Counted from the stretch's first letter, positions 18,439 to 30,812 are shown. The stretch is DNA of 64,000 bases from a virus (IMGVR_UViG_3300024331_000152:78795-142794); one strand, 5' to 3'. A program made the numbers and translations. The notes: generated by a model from the sequence alone, not told the origin.

Positions 18439-19489
18439 TCATGCAGCCTCCACATCGTCGTCTATGATCAGCTCCGGCATAGCAAACGGACGTAGGCGTC
18501 TTGTCCGTTTGCCGCTGTTCAGATGGTTAACGATCAGTTGAGTCAGCACGTTGGTGCTCGCGCCGGTAGACGCTGCAAGAGCCGCGATGTGCGGGTCCTG
18601 TAGCGGGAAGGACTTCAGCTTGGCGCGCAGCTCCTTCGGGATCTTCATTTCGGAGTCTGTCCAGAAGTCTTCGTGCGTGGCAATCACTTTTGCTAAAGCG
18701 GTCAAAAAGCCGCCCTTCAGCGCCGGTCCGCCATCGCGATAGACGATGTCCTTGATGGAATATGCGTCCTCCATCATCATCCAGAATTCGCGCAGGTTGT
18801 TCATGATCACGGTACGTCCGTACTTCTCGATAACCTTATCGAGGCCGAACATCATGGCTTCGTGTGAGCGCTGGTTGTGTGCCATGCCGAGATGACGATG
18901 AAGCATAGAGCAGATCTTGACCAACGTCATGGCCGAGATCAGCTCATCTCGCTTCATGCGCTGTTGCCAGCACACACGCTTGTAGAGAATAAACTGGCTG
19001 GACGAGCACAGTTGGAACAAGGCGCTGACAGCGGTTGAATCGTGACGTCCATTGCGGAGCAGTACGTTCGGACTCAGCTTGACGCGCGTCACATTGAGAG
19101 CACGAAACCGCTTGCGCTCCATGTCTTCGGTCGTGTTGAAGTAGAGGGCAGCGCCAAGGTGCGGCACGATTCCCTTCGCCATCAAGCGGCGAGCTGCTGT
19201 GGTGCGTTGCAAACCGTCGATAATGTACACGTCGTCCTGCACAAAGTAGTTGCCGTTCTCGCGCGTGATGTAGTTGCCGCCCCGGCATCCAAGCTGGATG
19301 TCAGGCACGCCGCCTGCTTGCAAGGCTGTCATCAGGGAATTGATCTTCCCGTTCGGCAGGATCTCGCGCTGATAATCTGCAACTTTGAGAATCGGCAGGC
19401 TGGACGGATCGATGACTCCACGGAGTATGATCTCGTTCTCCTGTTCATCTAGAGCTGCATTGGTAAGTTTTACTGAGGAACGTTTCCAT
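18439..19489 (-). CDS. ParB/DGQHR-superfamily protein
   Basis: DYQR and YIIDGLQRT motifs; the SD-linked ATG at 19489 is out of frame with the main ORF. Confidence 0.6.
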
Positions 19490-19771
19490 GGTTCCCTCCA
19501 AGGTTGAATTTGATTACTCGTCGTACGACCGTACACGCTTCGGTTTTGGCAGCGTCGCTGACTTCTTCACGGCTTTCTTTGGCTGCTCAGAAAGATGTGG
19601 GTTCTCTTTTGGGTTAAGGTTCCATGAGTAACGCTTACACCGCGAACACCTCTTAGGTGGCTCTAGTTTATTGCCGCCCTCGTCGGTCGTCTCAGCGTCC
19701 CAAGTTTTTTGACAGTCTAACCACTCGCATGTACACCGGTACACCTTCTTGTTTACGACTTGCACACTCAT

Positions 19772-20320
19772 TCAGATCCTCCCCGTATTGGCAAATTCGC
19801 CATGAAGAACATTGGCGGCTGCGCTGTAGGCAGCCGCAGCTTCTTCCTTAGTAGGAAAGCTACCAAGGTTTTTACACTTTTTATCGAACGTGATTTGAGC
19901 AACCCACTGGCCAGTATCGCCGCGCTGGTACACGCCCTTATATCCGCTCGTATTGGCGCTGGAGATACCACGATTGCACATATTTTGACTGTACGTGGCA
20001 ACTCGGATATTCTTGCGGCGGTTATCTAATCCGTTGCCGTTTATATGGTCAACCCAAACCTTGTTAGTTTTTGTCAGTCCAAGTAGATGCCGATGCATGT
20101 AGTGCGCGGTATTTTTTCCCTTATGCGAGTTAACACGCATCGCGTACCATTGATTGTTCTTTGCTCCCAAGCGCGCGCTCCAGAGCCAACGAACAAGCGG
20201 TCTATAATCATCGTCGTTGACGATTGCGTACATCCCGCGTGTAAGCGGAATCAGCTTGCAATACACGCCATCCATTTTGAATGGCTTTGCGTCATCGAAG
20301 CGGCGTCTCCAGACGATCAT
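19772..20320 (-). CDS. HNH-AP2 homing endonuclease
   Basis: YMHR, VDHINGNGLDNRRKNIR, NTSGYKGV, LGSF..EEAAAAY, HGEFA. Confidence 0.9.
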   Translation of the reverse strand: MIVWRRRFDDAKPFKMDGVYCKLIPLTRGMYAIVNDDDYRPLVRWLWSARLGAKNNQWYAMRVNSHKGKNTAHYMHRHLLGLTKTNKVWVDHINGNGLDNRRKNIRVATYSQNMCNRGISSANTSGYKGVYQRGDTGQWVAQITFDKKCKNLGSFPTKEEAAAAYSAAANVLHGEFANTGRI

Positions 20321-22185
20321 GTCAATGTTAAGACTTGGCAAGTAGGATTCCTTTCTCAGTCGTGGAAGATGATGAGTACGAGGGCGGCGATGATTGCCAT
20401 GGCGATGAGAAGGCGGTCGCGCAATTGCATCACGATCTCCCCTCTGCCTTGGCGAGTGCTGCATCCGCCAACTTCTGCGCGATACAGTTTGGGTCTTTAC
20501 ATGACCGATCTAAGCAGGTACTGTTCCACGCATTCGACTGTTCACGTAGTTTTCTCAGTGCTTTATACATCTCAGGAGCAGCTAGAAAGAGGTTCGCGTT
20601 GACGCGCTCCTCTTCACCGAGTCCGCCAATCGTTACGGCGATGCCGCCCGGGGCTTCCTTCGCGCGGATCACGAATTTACCTAAGACACCGCCCATCGGC
20701 TGAGCGAGTTCAACTAGTTCCCAAGGTGTTGCTGTGTGATTAATCATCATGCCTCCGATTCGTGTAGGTGCCCGTGCAGCTTCATCTGCGCGCGGCAGCG
20801 CCGACACGACACCTTGGTTTTGTCTACGGTCAGCTTATCGCTGTGTGTTCCGCAGAACGCCTTCATCCCACCGATCTTCGGAATCCATACCCAGTGCGTT
20901 ACCTTCATCGGATTCTTACCACCTCCACACCGTCTTTGGTTCCCAGAAAGCCTATCGACTTGTCGCCGATCTTGAGAGATTCCAGTTCTGGTTGTCCCAG
21001 ATCTGGAATAAAGCCACTCAGCATCTCCAGCGTCGATTCGATATTCCAACTGTTAGGTCGGAAGTACTTCGTCATCGATGTCTTCCGAACGACGTTGCGC
21101 TCTGCTTTGTGGCCTGCAACCTTGCGCATGGTGTGCTTGTCGTCCTCCTGTTTACGCTTGCGCTCGTTCATCTCGGCCACTTGCGCAGTAAGCTCTCGCA
21201 GGAAGAATGCGATATCGCCAAGGTGCTCATCCTGCGGGCCGATCTTTGTTTCGCGAATCTCCTGTGAGTTCATTTACCACCTCGCTTCCCGCCAAGCTTG
21301 CGATGGAGCTTGGCAGCGTTCTGAATCTTCTGTGCTGTGCGTACTTCGTGCTCGTTGACATCTTGCGGCGACATCTGACCAGAAGCCATCTGGTACAAAA
21401 CATCGCGACCATCTTGTAAGCCGCCAAGGTAGGCCATTTCCGAGAAGCGCGCCGTCCGGTCGAAAAGTGCACGAATCACTTCAAGTAGACGTTTCGGAAT
21501 CTTGGCATATGGAGAGCGATAGCCACCACTTCCTTGGCTTGTTGGATATTCGAGAAACCTGTCGCCTTTTTCGTTGCGTATTTGCGGAACGATGTAGACG
21601 TGTGTAATATCCGGCTCGTATCCCTCGACAGGATCAAGAATGTCAGACGAGCACAGCTCAGCAAGCTCCTTGAAAAGCTTGGCAAGTTCATCACGAGTTT
21701 GGTTGAGCCCGTTAATTCCAATGGCAGTGACCGCCAAAGTAGAACATGGGTTGCCAGTGATATGTCTCAGAGAGCCGTACAGTTTCCATCTCCGGCATCG
21801 TCTTTACTTTGGCCACGTATTCTTTCCAGCTCTTAATGGCTCGCGCGCAGTCGTCACATACCTTGTCGGCTGCGCGATATCTGTGAACCTCTCCACAGCC
21901 GGGGCACGGCTTTGTTGTTCTGCTCATAGATATTTTCCTCGCTTGGGACAGTCCAGACCGTGAAACCGTTTAGGTAAGTTTTGGCCAGATGTGCATGCAT
22001 CACAGCTTATTGGTTTCTGTTTCTACTGCGTGTATGACAGCGCTATCCCTAGAGAGAGCGAAGACTTCATTAGCGGACAGTCGAAGCCCTTTACCTTCTC
22101 TGGCGGCTCTGAGAACGCGTATGTAAATCGCAACGACATCCATATTTTCTCCCGGGTTCCAGATTCTGGACTGCGGGGGGGAGCC

Positions 22186-23004
22186 CTAGCGGGCTCCCAC
22201 GAGGTCTACCAGCTTCCTGAACTTCTTACGGTCAACGTTCAACCATTCGTTTTCGGCACTGTCGATGTCTACCTTATCTTCTTCGACAATGTCTCTAAGC
22301 ATCGACCGTACCAAAGTCTTAACTGTTAACTGCTTTGACTTCGGCGGCGCGACATCCTTGCCCTTGAGCGTGCGGCCTTCGGATTCCTTGAGGCGTTGCC
22401 GCTGCGCATCCTTCGACAGCTTGGAAAGCTTCACGGCTGCGGTGATCTTGATCTGGCCGGTCCGTACTGCTTTCTCTGCCTCAGGAGCTAAGCCGATCAG
22501 AGCCTCGCGCTGCTGCACGAAGTGGACAGCCTTCTTGAGATCAGCGTCAGTTGTTGCCAGCGGGAAGTAAACCTTGGCGATATCGTCGATGGACATATTG
22601 AAGCGCTGCTTCAGCTTCTTGATGTTCGTCGCATCGTCAATCGGGCTCACATCTTTACGTACCCGGTTCTCGCTGATGGCCTGAAGGAAGGCTTCGTGAT
22701 CGCTCAGGTCTTCGAAAGTTCCCTGAAGCCGGTATTCGGGATGACCGTTGTTGTTGAGCCAGTTGACGGCTTCCCAGCGACCGTAGCCAAAGACCAGTAG
22801 CGGCCTGCCGTTGTCGCCCTTGCGAATCTTGACAGGGGTGAGCTGTCCGTTGGCGAGAATGTCAGCAGCGAATGCCCGAATCTCTTCTTCGGTGCGAGGT
22901 TCGTGCCGCCCGTTCAATTCCGGGTCGAGATCGATGTTGCGCGGGAAGTCGGACCACTGAGTCGTGGTCCGCTTGATGGTGTCAGAGGTAAAGCTTACGG
23001 CCAT
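22186..23004 (-). CDS. ParB-like nuclease-domain protein
   Basis: ILANGQLTPVKIR, LVFGYGRW, SENRVRKDVSPIDDA. Confidence 0.8.
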   Translation of the reverse strand: MAVSFTSDTIKRTTTQWSDFPRNIDLDPELNGRHEPRTEEEIRAFAADILANGQLTPVKIRKGDNGRPLLVFGYGRWEAVNWLNNNGHPEYRLQGTFEDLSDHEAFLQAISENRVRKDVSPIDDATNIKKLKQRFNMSIDDIAKVYFPLATTDADLKKAVHFVQQREALIGLAPEAEKAVRTGQIKITAAVKLSKLSKDAQRQRLKESEGRTLKGKDVAPPKSKQLTVKTLVRSMLRDIVEEDKVDIDSAENEWLNVDRKKFRKLVDLVGAR

Positions 23005-23073
23005 AATTCCCTCCAAGGAATTCAGGTTGGAAAATCAGATTGCGTTTATTCTGCGCTCACTCGCACCATGGTG

Positions 23074-23537
23074 TCAACAAGAGTTGAGACGTTTCTTGCG
23101 TTGCTCGTAATAATTACGGTTACATTTGCGACATTGGCGTTTACGCAGACCACTCGGATAGACATAGTAGTACGTATTGTCAGCGTCGTACGGATGATCT
23201 TGAGCACAATGTGTCTTGGCTTTTTGCGGACTATAGTGGCGGTTCTTTTTAACGCAGTCCTGCATATTGTCGTTGCCCGTGCCCTGCCACAAATGCGAGC
23301 CTCGAACGCAAGAAGGTGTCGCATTTATGAAGTACGCAAAGTGACTCGTCAAGAGAGCCTTTTTGCAGGCGAAAGGCCAACGCGATGAGCAAGACGTAAC
23401 TTGTCATCGGCCTGTATTAAACCATATCCGGCTGGAAGCCTACACCCGATCCATACCCAACATTTTCCTTTAGGACCCTGACCGGGTGTCTTATCAACCT
23501 TGCTCCAAAAGCGCTTTTCAAGACTAATCTGCGGCAA
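23074..23537 (-). pseudogene. HNH endonuclease with two apparent frameshifts
   Basis: [16 protein letters not shown] in one frame, [20 protein letters not shown] in a second, PSCVRGSHL..N..D in a third. Confidence 0.75.
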
Positions 23538-23538
23538 T

Positions 23539-24714
23539 TTACAACCTCATAGGCATGAGAATATAGCTGTACCCCTCAAACTCTGGCGACACGATCATCG
23601 CCGCCGACTGTGCGTCCTTCAGTAGAATCGAGACCGGCTTCTTCCCGATCACCTTCAGGACGTCCATCACGTAGCCGCTGTTGAGTCCTATCTTGATCGC
23701 GAAGTCTTCCTCAGTACCAGTCAGTGTTGCTGGTACGTCGGCCTGAGCTTCGCCTAGCTCAGTGCTCTGTGCGCTGAAGGTTACCTTGCCGTTAAAGTTG
23801 AAGCGAACACATCCGGAGCGCTCATCGGCAAACTTTGCAACGCGTGCCAGTAGCTTGCTGACAGTTTCAGCGGACGAGAACGCCGCCGTGATTCGAACGT
23901 CTTCTTTGCGCGGTGTGACGGCTTCCACAGTTGGAAACTGCCCGTTTAATTTGCGCGTGCTGAACACGGTGCGAAGATGCGGCAGGTGAAAGAAGATGCG
24001 CGCGTCTGTAGAAGACAGATCGCTCCACGAAATTCCGACAAACTCCTTTGTTAGCCGCTTCGGCCTAGACAACCATGTAAGCGCGGGGCGAGGCACGATG
24101 AGCGTCTGCGTGCCATCTTTGCATGTGACATCCACAGATCGCTTTTCGATAGCAAGACGATGACCATCCGTTGCGGCAATCTGGAAGCTGCCGGAGTTGA
24201 ACAGGAAGCGCGCGCCGTTCAACGTATAGCGCGTTTCCTCTTGCGAGATCGCGAACGTGGTACGCCCCAACATCTCGCTGAGTGTTTCGCCGGAGATGTT
24301 GTGGAATGGATCGACGGCTTCCGCAATCTTCGGGTAGTTCTTTGGTGTCATGCCAATCAGCTTATACTCGACACCGCCGACCGCCATCTTGACCCAGTTG
24401 TTTTCGAGCGGAGTGAAGACGGCAAGTCCATCTTCGCCACTCAAAAGATCAATCGTCTTGCGCCACGGGATCGTGAATGGCTCGCGCGGTCCCTTGTGTT
24501 TGCTCGGGATCGCGTCGAGTTCGGTAACGACAGTTTGATCCAAGTCGGTAGTCGTCAGCTTCAGGATGTCATCGATCAGTTCAAACAGGACGTTCGACAG
24601 AATCGGGATTGTGGTTTTCTTTTCAGGGTTGCCCAGTTCAAGAGCGTCCCGCAGGACCTTTGCATTGACGGTGAAGTGCGGAAGGCTCTTCACGACTTTC
24701 AGATTTGCTTTCAT
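23539..24714 (-). CDS. dnaN: DNA polymerase III beta sliding clamp
   Basis: [38 protein letters not shown]-terminal YILMPMRL. Confidence 0.95.
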   Translation of the reverse strand: MKANLKVVKSLPHFTVNAKVLRDALELGNPEKKTTIPILSNVLFELIDDILKLTTTDLDQTVVTELDAIPSKHKGPREPFTIPWRKTIDLLSGEDGLAVFTPLENNWVKMAVGGVEYKLIGMTPKNYPKIAEAVDPFHNISGETLSEMLGRTTFAISQEETRYTLNGARFLFNSGSFQIAATDGHRLAIEKRSVDVTCKDGTQTLIVPRPALTWLSRPKRLTKEFVGISWSDLSSTDARIFFHLPHLRTVFSTRKLNGQFPTVEAVTPRKEDVRITAAFSSAETVSKLLARVAKFADERSGCVRFNFNGKVTFSAQSTELGEAQADVPATLTGTEEDFAIKIGLNSGYVMDVLKVIGKKPVSILLKDAQSAAMIVSPEFEGYSYILMPMRL

Positions 24715-25598
24715 AGTTGCCCTCCAAAGGCTTGGTCCCCTATCAGGGGGGTACTACAGGTTGCGGGTGATGACTTCGTTCTCGTAATCCTTCTTGCGCC
24801 GTTTCAGGTGCGGTCGCAGCCGGATTTCGTTGGGAGTGAAGAGGCTGGCGTACAGGAACTTCTCAGCGATGTATTGCCGCAGTTCAATGCCGTCCCACTG
24901 CTCCGGCATCTCAGTCACGTTTTCGAGAATACGTTGCTGCGTGCTACTGATCAGTTCCCGGATGAAGCGTTTCTTCTCTGTCTTATTCATTCTCCTCTCG
25001 CCTTTCTCATGTAGTCGTGAAACAACTCATGGAGACAACCAGCGATGTCACACTCGACCTCAGGTGCTTCTGGGTAATAGTTCTCTCCCCGAGATGAGAG
25101 GTACGCGTGGTCGTCCTTGTGTGGAGCTGGAGCGACGACGTAGCCCGGGTGCAACGCTGCGCCGCCATCGAAGATGACAAGCAACCCAAGCACCATGTCC
25201 ACCTTATCTGGTGTGACGGTGATGGTGTCTCCCAGCCGACAGGCTTGGCGATTGCCGCCAGCGGCACAGTGAAGAGTTCTCCAGTGTCGCCTGCGTTGTA
25301 GTGCTCGACTATCACTTGATTGCTATTGACGGCGCGAACCTTGAGGTTTGACCAGTAGCCAAGCGTCGGCAGGTGTTGGGTGTAGTCGTAGATACTTGCG
25401 AGCGTAACGATTTTGCCGTGTTCAGGAATGTATTGACGTTCGGTGTTCATTAGCGTTAACCCTCCGTCTTGTAGACAGTTACTGTACAGTCTTTGCGGTT
25501 GCGCAGGATAACCTTGACGGTGCACCCCGCTTTGCGTAGTTGTTTTGCGTAGCTGGCAGCAATGATGGGATCGACAAAGGGAATCCGCTCGATGATCT

Positions 25599-26501
25599 TC
25601 ATGCTTCCCACTTCATCGCCAGCCAGCACGCGAGTACAGCTACGACAACACCGCTCAGCATATCGAGAACGTAATGCTCGCCGTTGGTGACCGTGGACAG
25701 CGTCAGTCCAATCGCCATCAGTGCAGCCGGGACTCGTAGCAGCTTGATCTCCCAGACTGCGCAGGCTCCCACAATTGCCCATACCACGTGGAAGGATGGA
25801 AAGCTGATCAGTCCGGCCACAAAGGTGATGTGATCCTGCCCTGCTCGGATCGCGAGGAATTCATTCGTCCACTTCATCTCGATAGGATCGCCGCCCGTGT
25901 GATAGCCGTACCATGGGCCGACTGCGGGAAGCAGAACAGCCATCGGCATTCCGATAGCGAAGGCGAGCAGCGAAGCCTTGATCATGATCCTCGATCCTCG
26001 CGGACGATTCAGCAGTACAGGTAGAAGCAACGTCCACCGCATGAAGGGCTCGATCTGGAAGTAGGTCCAGTTGATCGCCCTGCCGATCCAGTGAGCCTTG
26101 GCAAGCCTCATAACGTCAGGTACCGCCATACCAAACGACTGCTCGATGTGCATCAGTGCGGTGTCTTTCAGTGCGACTGTTGATCCTGCCCGGATGGTCA
26201 GGTACACCACGAATCTGAACGCGACAGCGAAAAAGAATGAGAAGTACACGACCGAGATGATGTTGGCCCAGTAGTGCTTGCCAGCCTCTCTGAGACAGAC
26301 AACGATGGGCATCGCACACGCGAACAGAGCGAACAGGGAAAGCAGGATCGGCCACTCGCCTGAGAAGTTCGTGTGCATCGCCAGCAGGACGGGGCATGTC
26401 ATCAACAACACTGCGGCTGAAAACAACATATCCCGTTCAAACTTTAGCTTTGCTTTCCAATTGTTTTGTACTGCCAGCGCTGGCAGCGTGAATGTGCTCA
26501 T
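25599..26501 (-). CDS. PAP2-family membrane phosphatase/phosphotransferase (IPC-synthase-like)
   Basis: multi-TM; PAVGP, SFPSFH, HYVLD motifs. Confidence 0.85.
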   Translation of the reverse strand: MSTFTLPALAVQNNWKAKLKFERDMLFSAAVLLMTCPVLLAMHTNFSGEWPILLSLFALFACAMPIVVCLREAGKHYWANIISVVYFSFFFAVAFRFVVYLTIRAGSTVALKDTALMHIEQSFGMAVPDVMRLAKAHWIGRAINWTYFQIEPFMRWTLLLPVLLNRPRGSRIMIKASLLAFAIGMPMAVLLPAVGPWYGYHTGGDPIEMKWTNEFLAIRAGQDHITFVAGLISFPSFHVVWAIVGACAVWEIKLLRVPAALMAIGLTLSTVTNGEHYVLDMLSGVVVAVLACWLAMKWEA

Positions 26502-26529
26502 GATCCCTCCAAGGATTTTGAGAATGTTT

Positions 26530-26730
26530 TTACTCTGCCAGCCTGTAGAGCCTTAGTCTCGGCACGGGCGTATTAGCCCATGCGCTTGTAATCCGCCCCG
26601 ATCTTTCTAGGCGCATGAGGTTCAAATAGAGCGTGCCAGACCACATCTTGAGCGCATTGCCGATTTGCACAGAGGTTGCGTCTGGGTGCTCACGCAGATA
26701 TTCGCAAATCTTTTCCTCATTGATTCCCAT
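26530..26730 (-). CDS. PadR-like winged HTH protein
   Basis: SGTLYLNLMRLERSGRITSAW..RLYRL. Confidence 0.7.
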   Translation of the reverse strand: MGINEEKICEYLREHPDATSVQIGNALKMWSGTLYLNLMRLERSGRITSAWANTPVPRLRLYRLAE

Positions 26731-27394
26731 ATTGTTCTCCTGTTTTCGTGCGCGGAAATGTTGCCAGTGCCCAGTTGCGCATATCCTCGGCTTCCGATCC
26801 TGCGCTGTTGTGGCCTCCGCCATAGTTCCACTTGTCGTGGAGTTCCTTTGGTACCTCAACGCCAGCTTCGTACACATCGTCCGGCACAGTTGCTGGCAAG
26901 CCATCCGATCCATACGACCCAGATAGCGTGAGTCGATGTTTGCCTATCACAGCGCTGCCCATCATGAAGTGTCCAAGCTGCCGCATGCGAACATAGCGTA
27001 CGATCCCGCGCATCGGATAGCTATTGGAAGCGTGCTGGAATTCGCGGCATGGAACCATGTAGTTCTTGTAGGCTTCGCACTCTATACAACCTGCAACGTA
27101 CTTCTCTGCGAAGCATTCGTGCACTGCCGCATCGCGCTGCTCGTCGGTCAGTTCAGATGCGCGAATCTCAGAGAGCTTGCGCAAACGTGCAATGGTGCCG
27201 TGCTCAGAGCATGGCTGCACAGTGCCGTCCATTGTCAGGTGTTTGTCTTTGTAGACTCCGCACTTGCGGCAGAAGTTGGAGAGGTGTGGATACTTCGTGG
27301 AGTTCCAATCCGGCTGCATCAGGATCAGGAATCGGCCAGCGGCTGATTGCGCGCCATGGCGGTTGTATCCGGAATACTTCGTGGTGATGAACAT
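26717..27394 (-). CDS. hypothetical protein
   Basis: long ORF with CTTGGAGG SD, downstream of the 27.47-kb promoter. Confidence 0.6.
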   Translation of the reverse strand: MFITTKYSGYNRHGAQSAAGRFLILMQPDWNSTKYPHLSNFCRKCGVYKDKHLTMDGTVQPCSEHGTIARLRKLSEIRASELTDEQRDAAVHECFAEKYVAGCIECEAYKNYMVPCREFQHASNSYPMRGIVRYVRMRQLGHFMMGSAVIGKHRLTLSGSYGSDGLPATVPDDVYEAGVEVPKELHDKWNYGGGHNSAGSEAEDMRNWALATFPRTKTGEQYGNQ

Positions 27395-28724
27395 CGGTAC
27401 CTCCAAGCGTTTTTATTGAGGTGAGCCCCTCACAGGTTGATGATCAGTAGAGCATGACTCGCACCGCAGTGTCAACACCACGGTGCGATTACGTCAGCGT
27501 CCTGAAACTGCGCGAAAGAAAGCCTCCTGCTTCTGATCTCGTGTAGCGAGTAGAGCTTTGATTTGCTTTGTTACGACGTTGTTGGTACGTCCATCCACTT
27601 GCAGAGTGCCGTATTTGAAAGCTTCGCGCACTTCACTTGCGAGTGCATGCGTTGCGTCGTCCCATTCGCGCTGAGCGTTGGTGACTCTCTTGATGCCTTC
27701 GGGAGTCTTCATGCTGTCAGGCGTGATGTCGATGTATGTGGGATCGACTGCTGCTGGCTTCGGCTGGCGATGTTTCTCATAGCCGTATTCGTCCAGCGCT
27801 TTGATTGCCTGCTCTAACGCTTTCGGATCGTTGGCTCTCAGCCAGTTGTGCAGCTTGGTGTCGAGTATGAATACAGCGAGAGCGTTTGCCATGGCAAGAG
27901 TTACTTCGGCATATTTCTGTCCAGCGTCCATTTCGTTATTCCTCCAAGGTTCTGTCCAGAGTCTGGACTGGTTTCTTAACCTTCACTTCTCCGCTACCCA
28001 AACAGACCGGACAGACTCTTGTCACAATCGCTTGCCGTAGTTCGCCATACACGAACACGGGCACAGTGACGGTGCGCTTGATCCATCCGGTGCTGTCACA
28101 CTTCAGGCATCGCATCAAAAGGTCTCCAATCAGCGAACGGTGGGGAAGTAGCTGCACTCCGGCACATCAAACGGTGAGTCGAATGGTGATCTCGACTTGC
28201 GCTTGCGGTGAGCCTTGCACGGGCTGTACTGCGGCTGCTTCGGCTCCAGCCTGTAGTTGCGCAGAGTCTGCTTGCGGTGCGCCATGTGCGGCATCCCGTA
28301 GGGTTGGACGCGCGGGGCTCGTCCGCCTGTCTTGCCTTCGCTGCCCACAGTGAGCAGCAACAGAACGACCATTACGTATAAAGCTCTCGTCATGAATTTC
28401 CTCCAAGGAATTGGCGTTGAGTGAAATATCAAAGGTCCCCAATCAGTGCTTGCACTCCAGCACTAACGGGTTTACGGCATCGCCTTGATCGATGATCTTG
28501 ATGGTCTTCTCTTCGCACACCAGCGCGCGCTCTGAGCCGAAGATGTACAAACGGTAATCGCCGTTTGGCTCTGACCGGTAGACCATCTGAATACCTGCTT
28601 TGCGGTTGGCTGCACTCGCCGATGCGAGTAGCAGCGCAAACAGCGCGCCGATGTACACCAGTTTTGCTTTCATTAGGATTCCCTCCAAGGAATTGAATTT
28701 TGGTACAGGTTCAATGGTCCGCTA

Positions 28725-29549
28725 TCAGGAAGGCCAGCCGTCAAGCTCTTCTACGCTCGTGAATCCGTCTGGCAGTCCATCTTCTGGAAGCCACGTCTGA
28801 GGATCGACAAGAGACAACAGAAGCTCCGGCTCGCCGTCGCCTTCTGCTGACGCGTACGGCTCGATCTCGTGTCCGCATACCGGGCACTCGTCGTTGCATT
28901 GGCAGGACCACTGATCTGTCCACTGTGTCTTGCAGTGAACGTAGTAGTTCGTGTAGCGCTGCTCGTTCTCCTCTTCGTCCAGTTTCGGGATTGTGATAGT
29001 CGCGCCGCAGTTCTGGCAGCGATAAGCTCCGCCCCAGTGCTCATCCGGTTCGCAGTCAATGCCATTCTCATCGATGGCAATGAATCCGTCAGTGCTTGTC
29101 ATATTGCCGCATGAGCAGTCCATCAGGTCCGCGTCTACGTCGTAGCGAATCGTACCCTGCACGTGACGCGCGTATCCGTGATTGAATGCGGTATCAAGGC
29201 TGCTCCAGTTGGTGAGTTCCTTGCGCACACGATCCGCAACCTGCCGTGGTGTCCAGCGTATCCCTGTCCCCGGATTTAGTCCTTCAGCCATCTCGCCGAT
29301 TACTACACCAAGACGTTCTACTATGTCCTCAGCATAGTCGCGCTGCGCTTTCTCGACGTCGCGCGGCTTCTTGTCCCAAACTGCTACCACGCCATCATGT
29401 GGCAGGGTTGCCGCACCTAAGAGCGTCGGTTTCTCGAAACGATGGTCAGCATATTCAGCCTCTGCAATCGAGTCTGCGCGGTCTTTCGCTGCGGCCTCGT
29501 CGGAGTTGATCACAACCACATAGCCGTGACGATAAAAGAAAGCTTGCAT
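28725..29549 (-). CDS. acidic Cys-rich (zinc-ribbon) hypothetical protein
   Basis: CSCGN, CQNCG, CPVCG; CCTTGGAGG SD at 29559-29567. Confidence 0.6.
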   Translation of the reverse strand: MQAFFYRHGYVVVINSDEAAAKDRADSIAEAEYADHRFEKPTLLGAATLPHDGVVAVWDKKPRDVEKAQRDYAEDIVERLGVVIGEMAEGLNPGTGIRWTPRQVADRVRKELTNWSSLDTAFNHGYARHVQGTIRYDVDADLMDCSCGNMTSTDGFIAIDENGIDCEPDEHWGGAYRCQNCGATITIPKLDEEENEQRYTNYYVHCKTQWTDQWSCQCNDECPVCGHEIEPYASAEGDGEPELLLSLVDPQTWLPEDGLPDGFTSVEELDGWPS

Positions 29550-29598
29550 TGCTTCACCCCTCCAAGGGTTTCGCCCGGGATCGCGCCCGGGCACGGGT

Positions 29599-30801
29599 TT
29601 ACTCATCCAGCGGCACGACTTCGCCGAAGGGTGCGGTTGCATTCTGTTGATCCGTGATCCATACCACCGGGATCGACGGCGGAGTCGTCGGGAATGAGGC
29701 TTGCAAGTCTGAGATGCCCACGATGCACACGGGATGATCTTCGCTCTTCTCAATCTGATCGAAGAAGCTCACGAAGCTCGTGCCGCCGCCGCCCTTCGGT
29801 TCCCATGTCAATGGTTCACCGCGCTCCATCTCGCGAACGTTGTGGACTTTGGTGTCTACCATGTACAGGGTAACCTTGCGCGGATTGCATTCGTCAATGA
29901 CTTGCTCGACGATGCCGCGCGCATACTGAAGCGCTACCGCATCCATCGATCCTGACGTGTCGCAGAGTACAGCAACTTCGCCAAGCTCGTGTGACTCCAA
30001 CCGGGGCAGATACAAGCCCTGTGAGATGTAACGCGTGTTAGGACGTTGCCACGTGAAGTCACTTGCTGAGCGGTCATGAAAGAACCGGAGCAGTACAGAC
30101 TTTGTATCAACGCGCGGCCTCAGTGCCTCTTCTGCAATCCGCTGCGCGCCTCCGGGAAACTGTCCGCAAGCTTTCGCGACCTGCTTGGCCTGCTGTACCC
30201 GCTGCTTCCAATCCTGCTGAGTCGGTGCGGGGTTGCCCTGCGCGTCCTCAACCTTGGGAGCATCGCGCACTTCGCCGAAGTCTTGCGGCTGCGGCTGTGC
30301 GTTCGGGTCAGGCTGTCCGTTGCCCTGTCCGGGCTGCGGCTGTCCCTGTCCTTGCCCCTGCCCGGGCTTCGGCTTGCCGCCGCCCTTGCCTTGAGGTGGC
30401 TGCTGCTGTTGCCGTGCGTATATCCACTCCGCAGACTTGCCAGCCTCTTCTGCGGATGCGTAGAGCACGCCATCGGGCAGATCAAACTTCGCCTCTCTCA
30501 GGTCGTGGTTGATCGCCTTGTCGCAGGCGATATTCCACTGCTCTGAGTCACGGGCATCGCGCCGCCATGGGTGACCTTGTGCGCAGTGTGATACCTCGTG
30601 AGCCAGAAGCCCCTTGACGCGGCTGTAGTTCAGCGTGTCGATGAAGGCCGGGTTATAGCCAAGCTCCCGGCCATTCGTCCACGCTGTCTTGCAGGTCGTG
30701 TCCTCAACGAAGTTGAGGTACCAGATCAACGCACCCCAGAAGGGATTGTCGAGGATCAGACCAGACTTCGCTGCTTGCATCTTCTGTGCTGCCGTCATCA
30801 T
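29599..30801 (-). CDS. metallopeptidase-vWA protein (DUF2201-like)
   Basis: TAWTNG, HEVSH zincin motif, WNIACD..IN, DTSGSM, GGGGT. Confidence 0.9.
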   Translation of the reverse strand: MMTAAQKMQAAKSGLILDNPFWGALIWYLNFVEDTTCKTAWTNGRELGYNPAFIDTLNYSRVKGLLAHEVSHCAQGHPWRRDARDSEQWNIACDKAINHDLREAKFDLPDGVLYASAEEAGKSAEWIYARQQQQPPQGKGGGKPKPGQGQGQGQPQPGQGNGQPDPNAQPQPQDFGEVRDAPKVEDAQGNPAPTQQDWKQRVQQAKQVAKACGQFPGGAQRIAEEALRPRVDTKSVLLRFFHDRSASDFTWQRPNTRYISQGLYLPRLESHELGEVAVLCDTSGSMDAVALQYARGIVEQVIDECNPRKVTLYMVDTKVHNVREMERGEPLTWEPKGGGGTSFVSFFDQIEKSEDHPVCIVGISDLQASFPTTPPSIPVVWITDQQNATAPFGEVVPLDE

Positions 30802-30812
30802 GAGAGTCTCTC

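Noticed and set aside
24160-25014. 284-aa plus-strand ORF and similar long antisense ORFs (e.g. 30598-31383)
   Set aside because: Shadows of well-supported minus-strand genes in GC-rich DNA.
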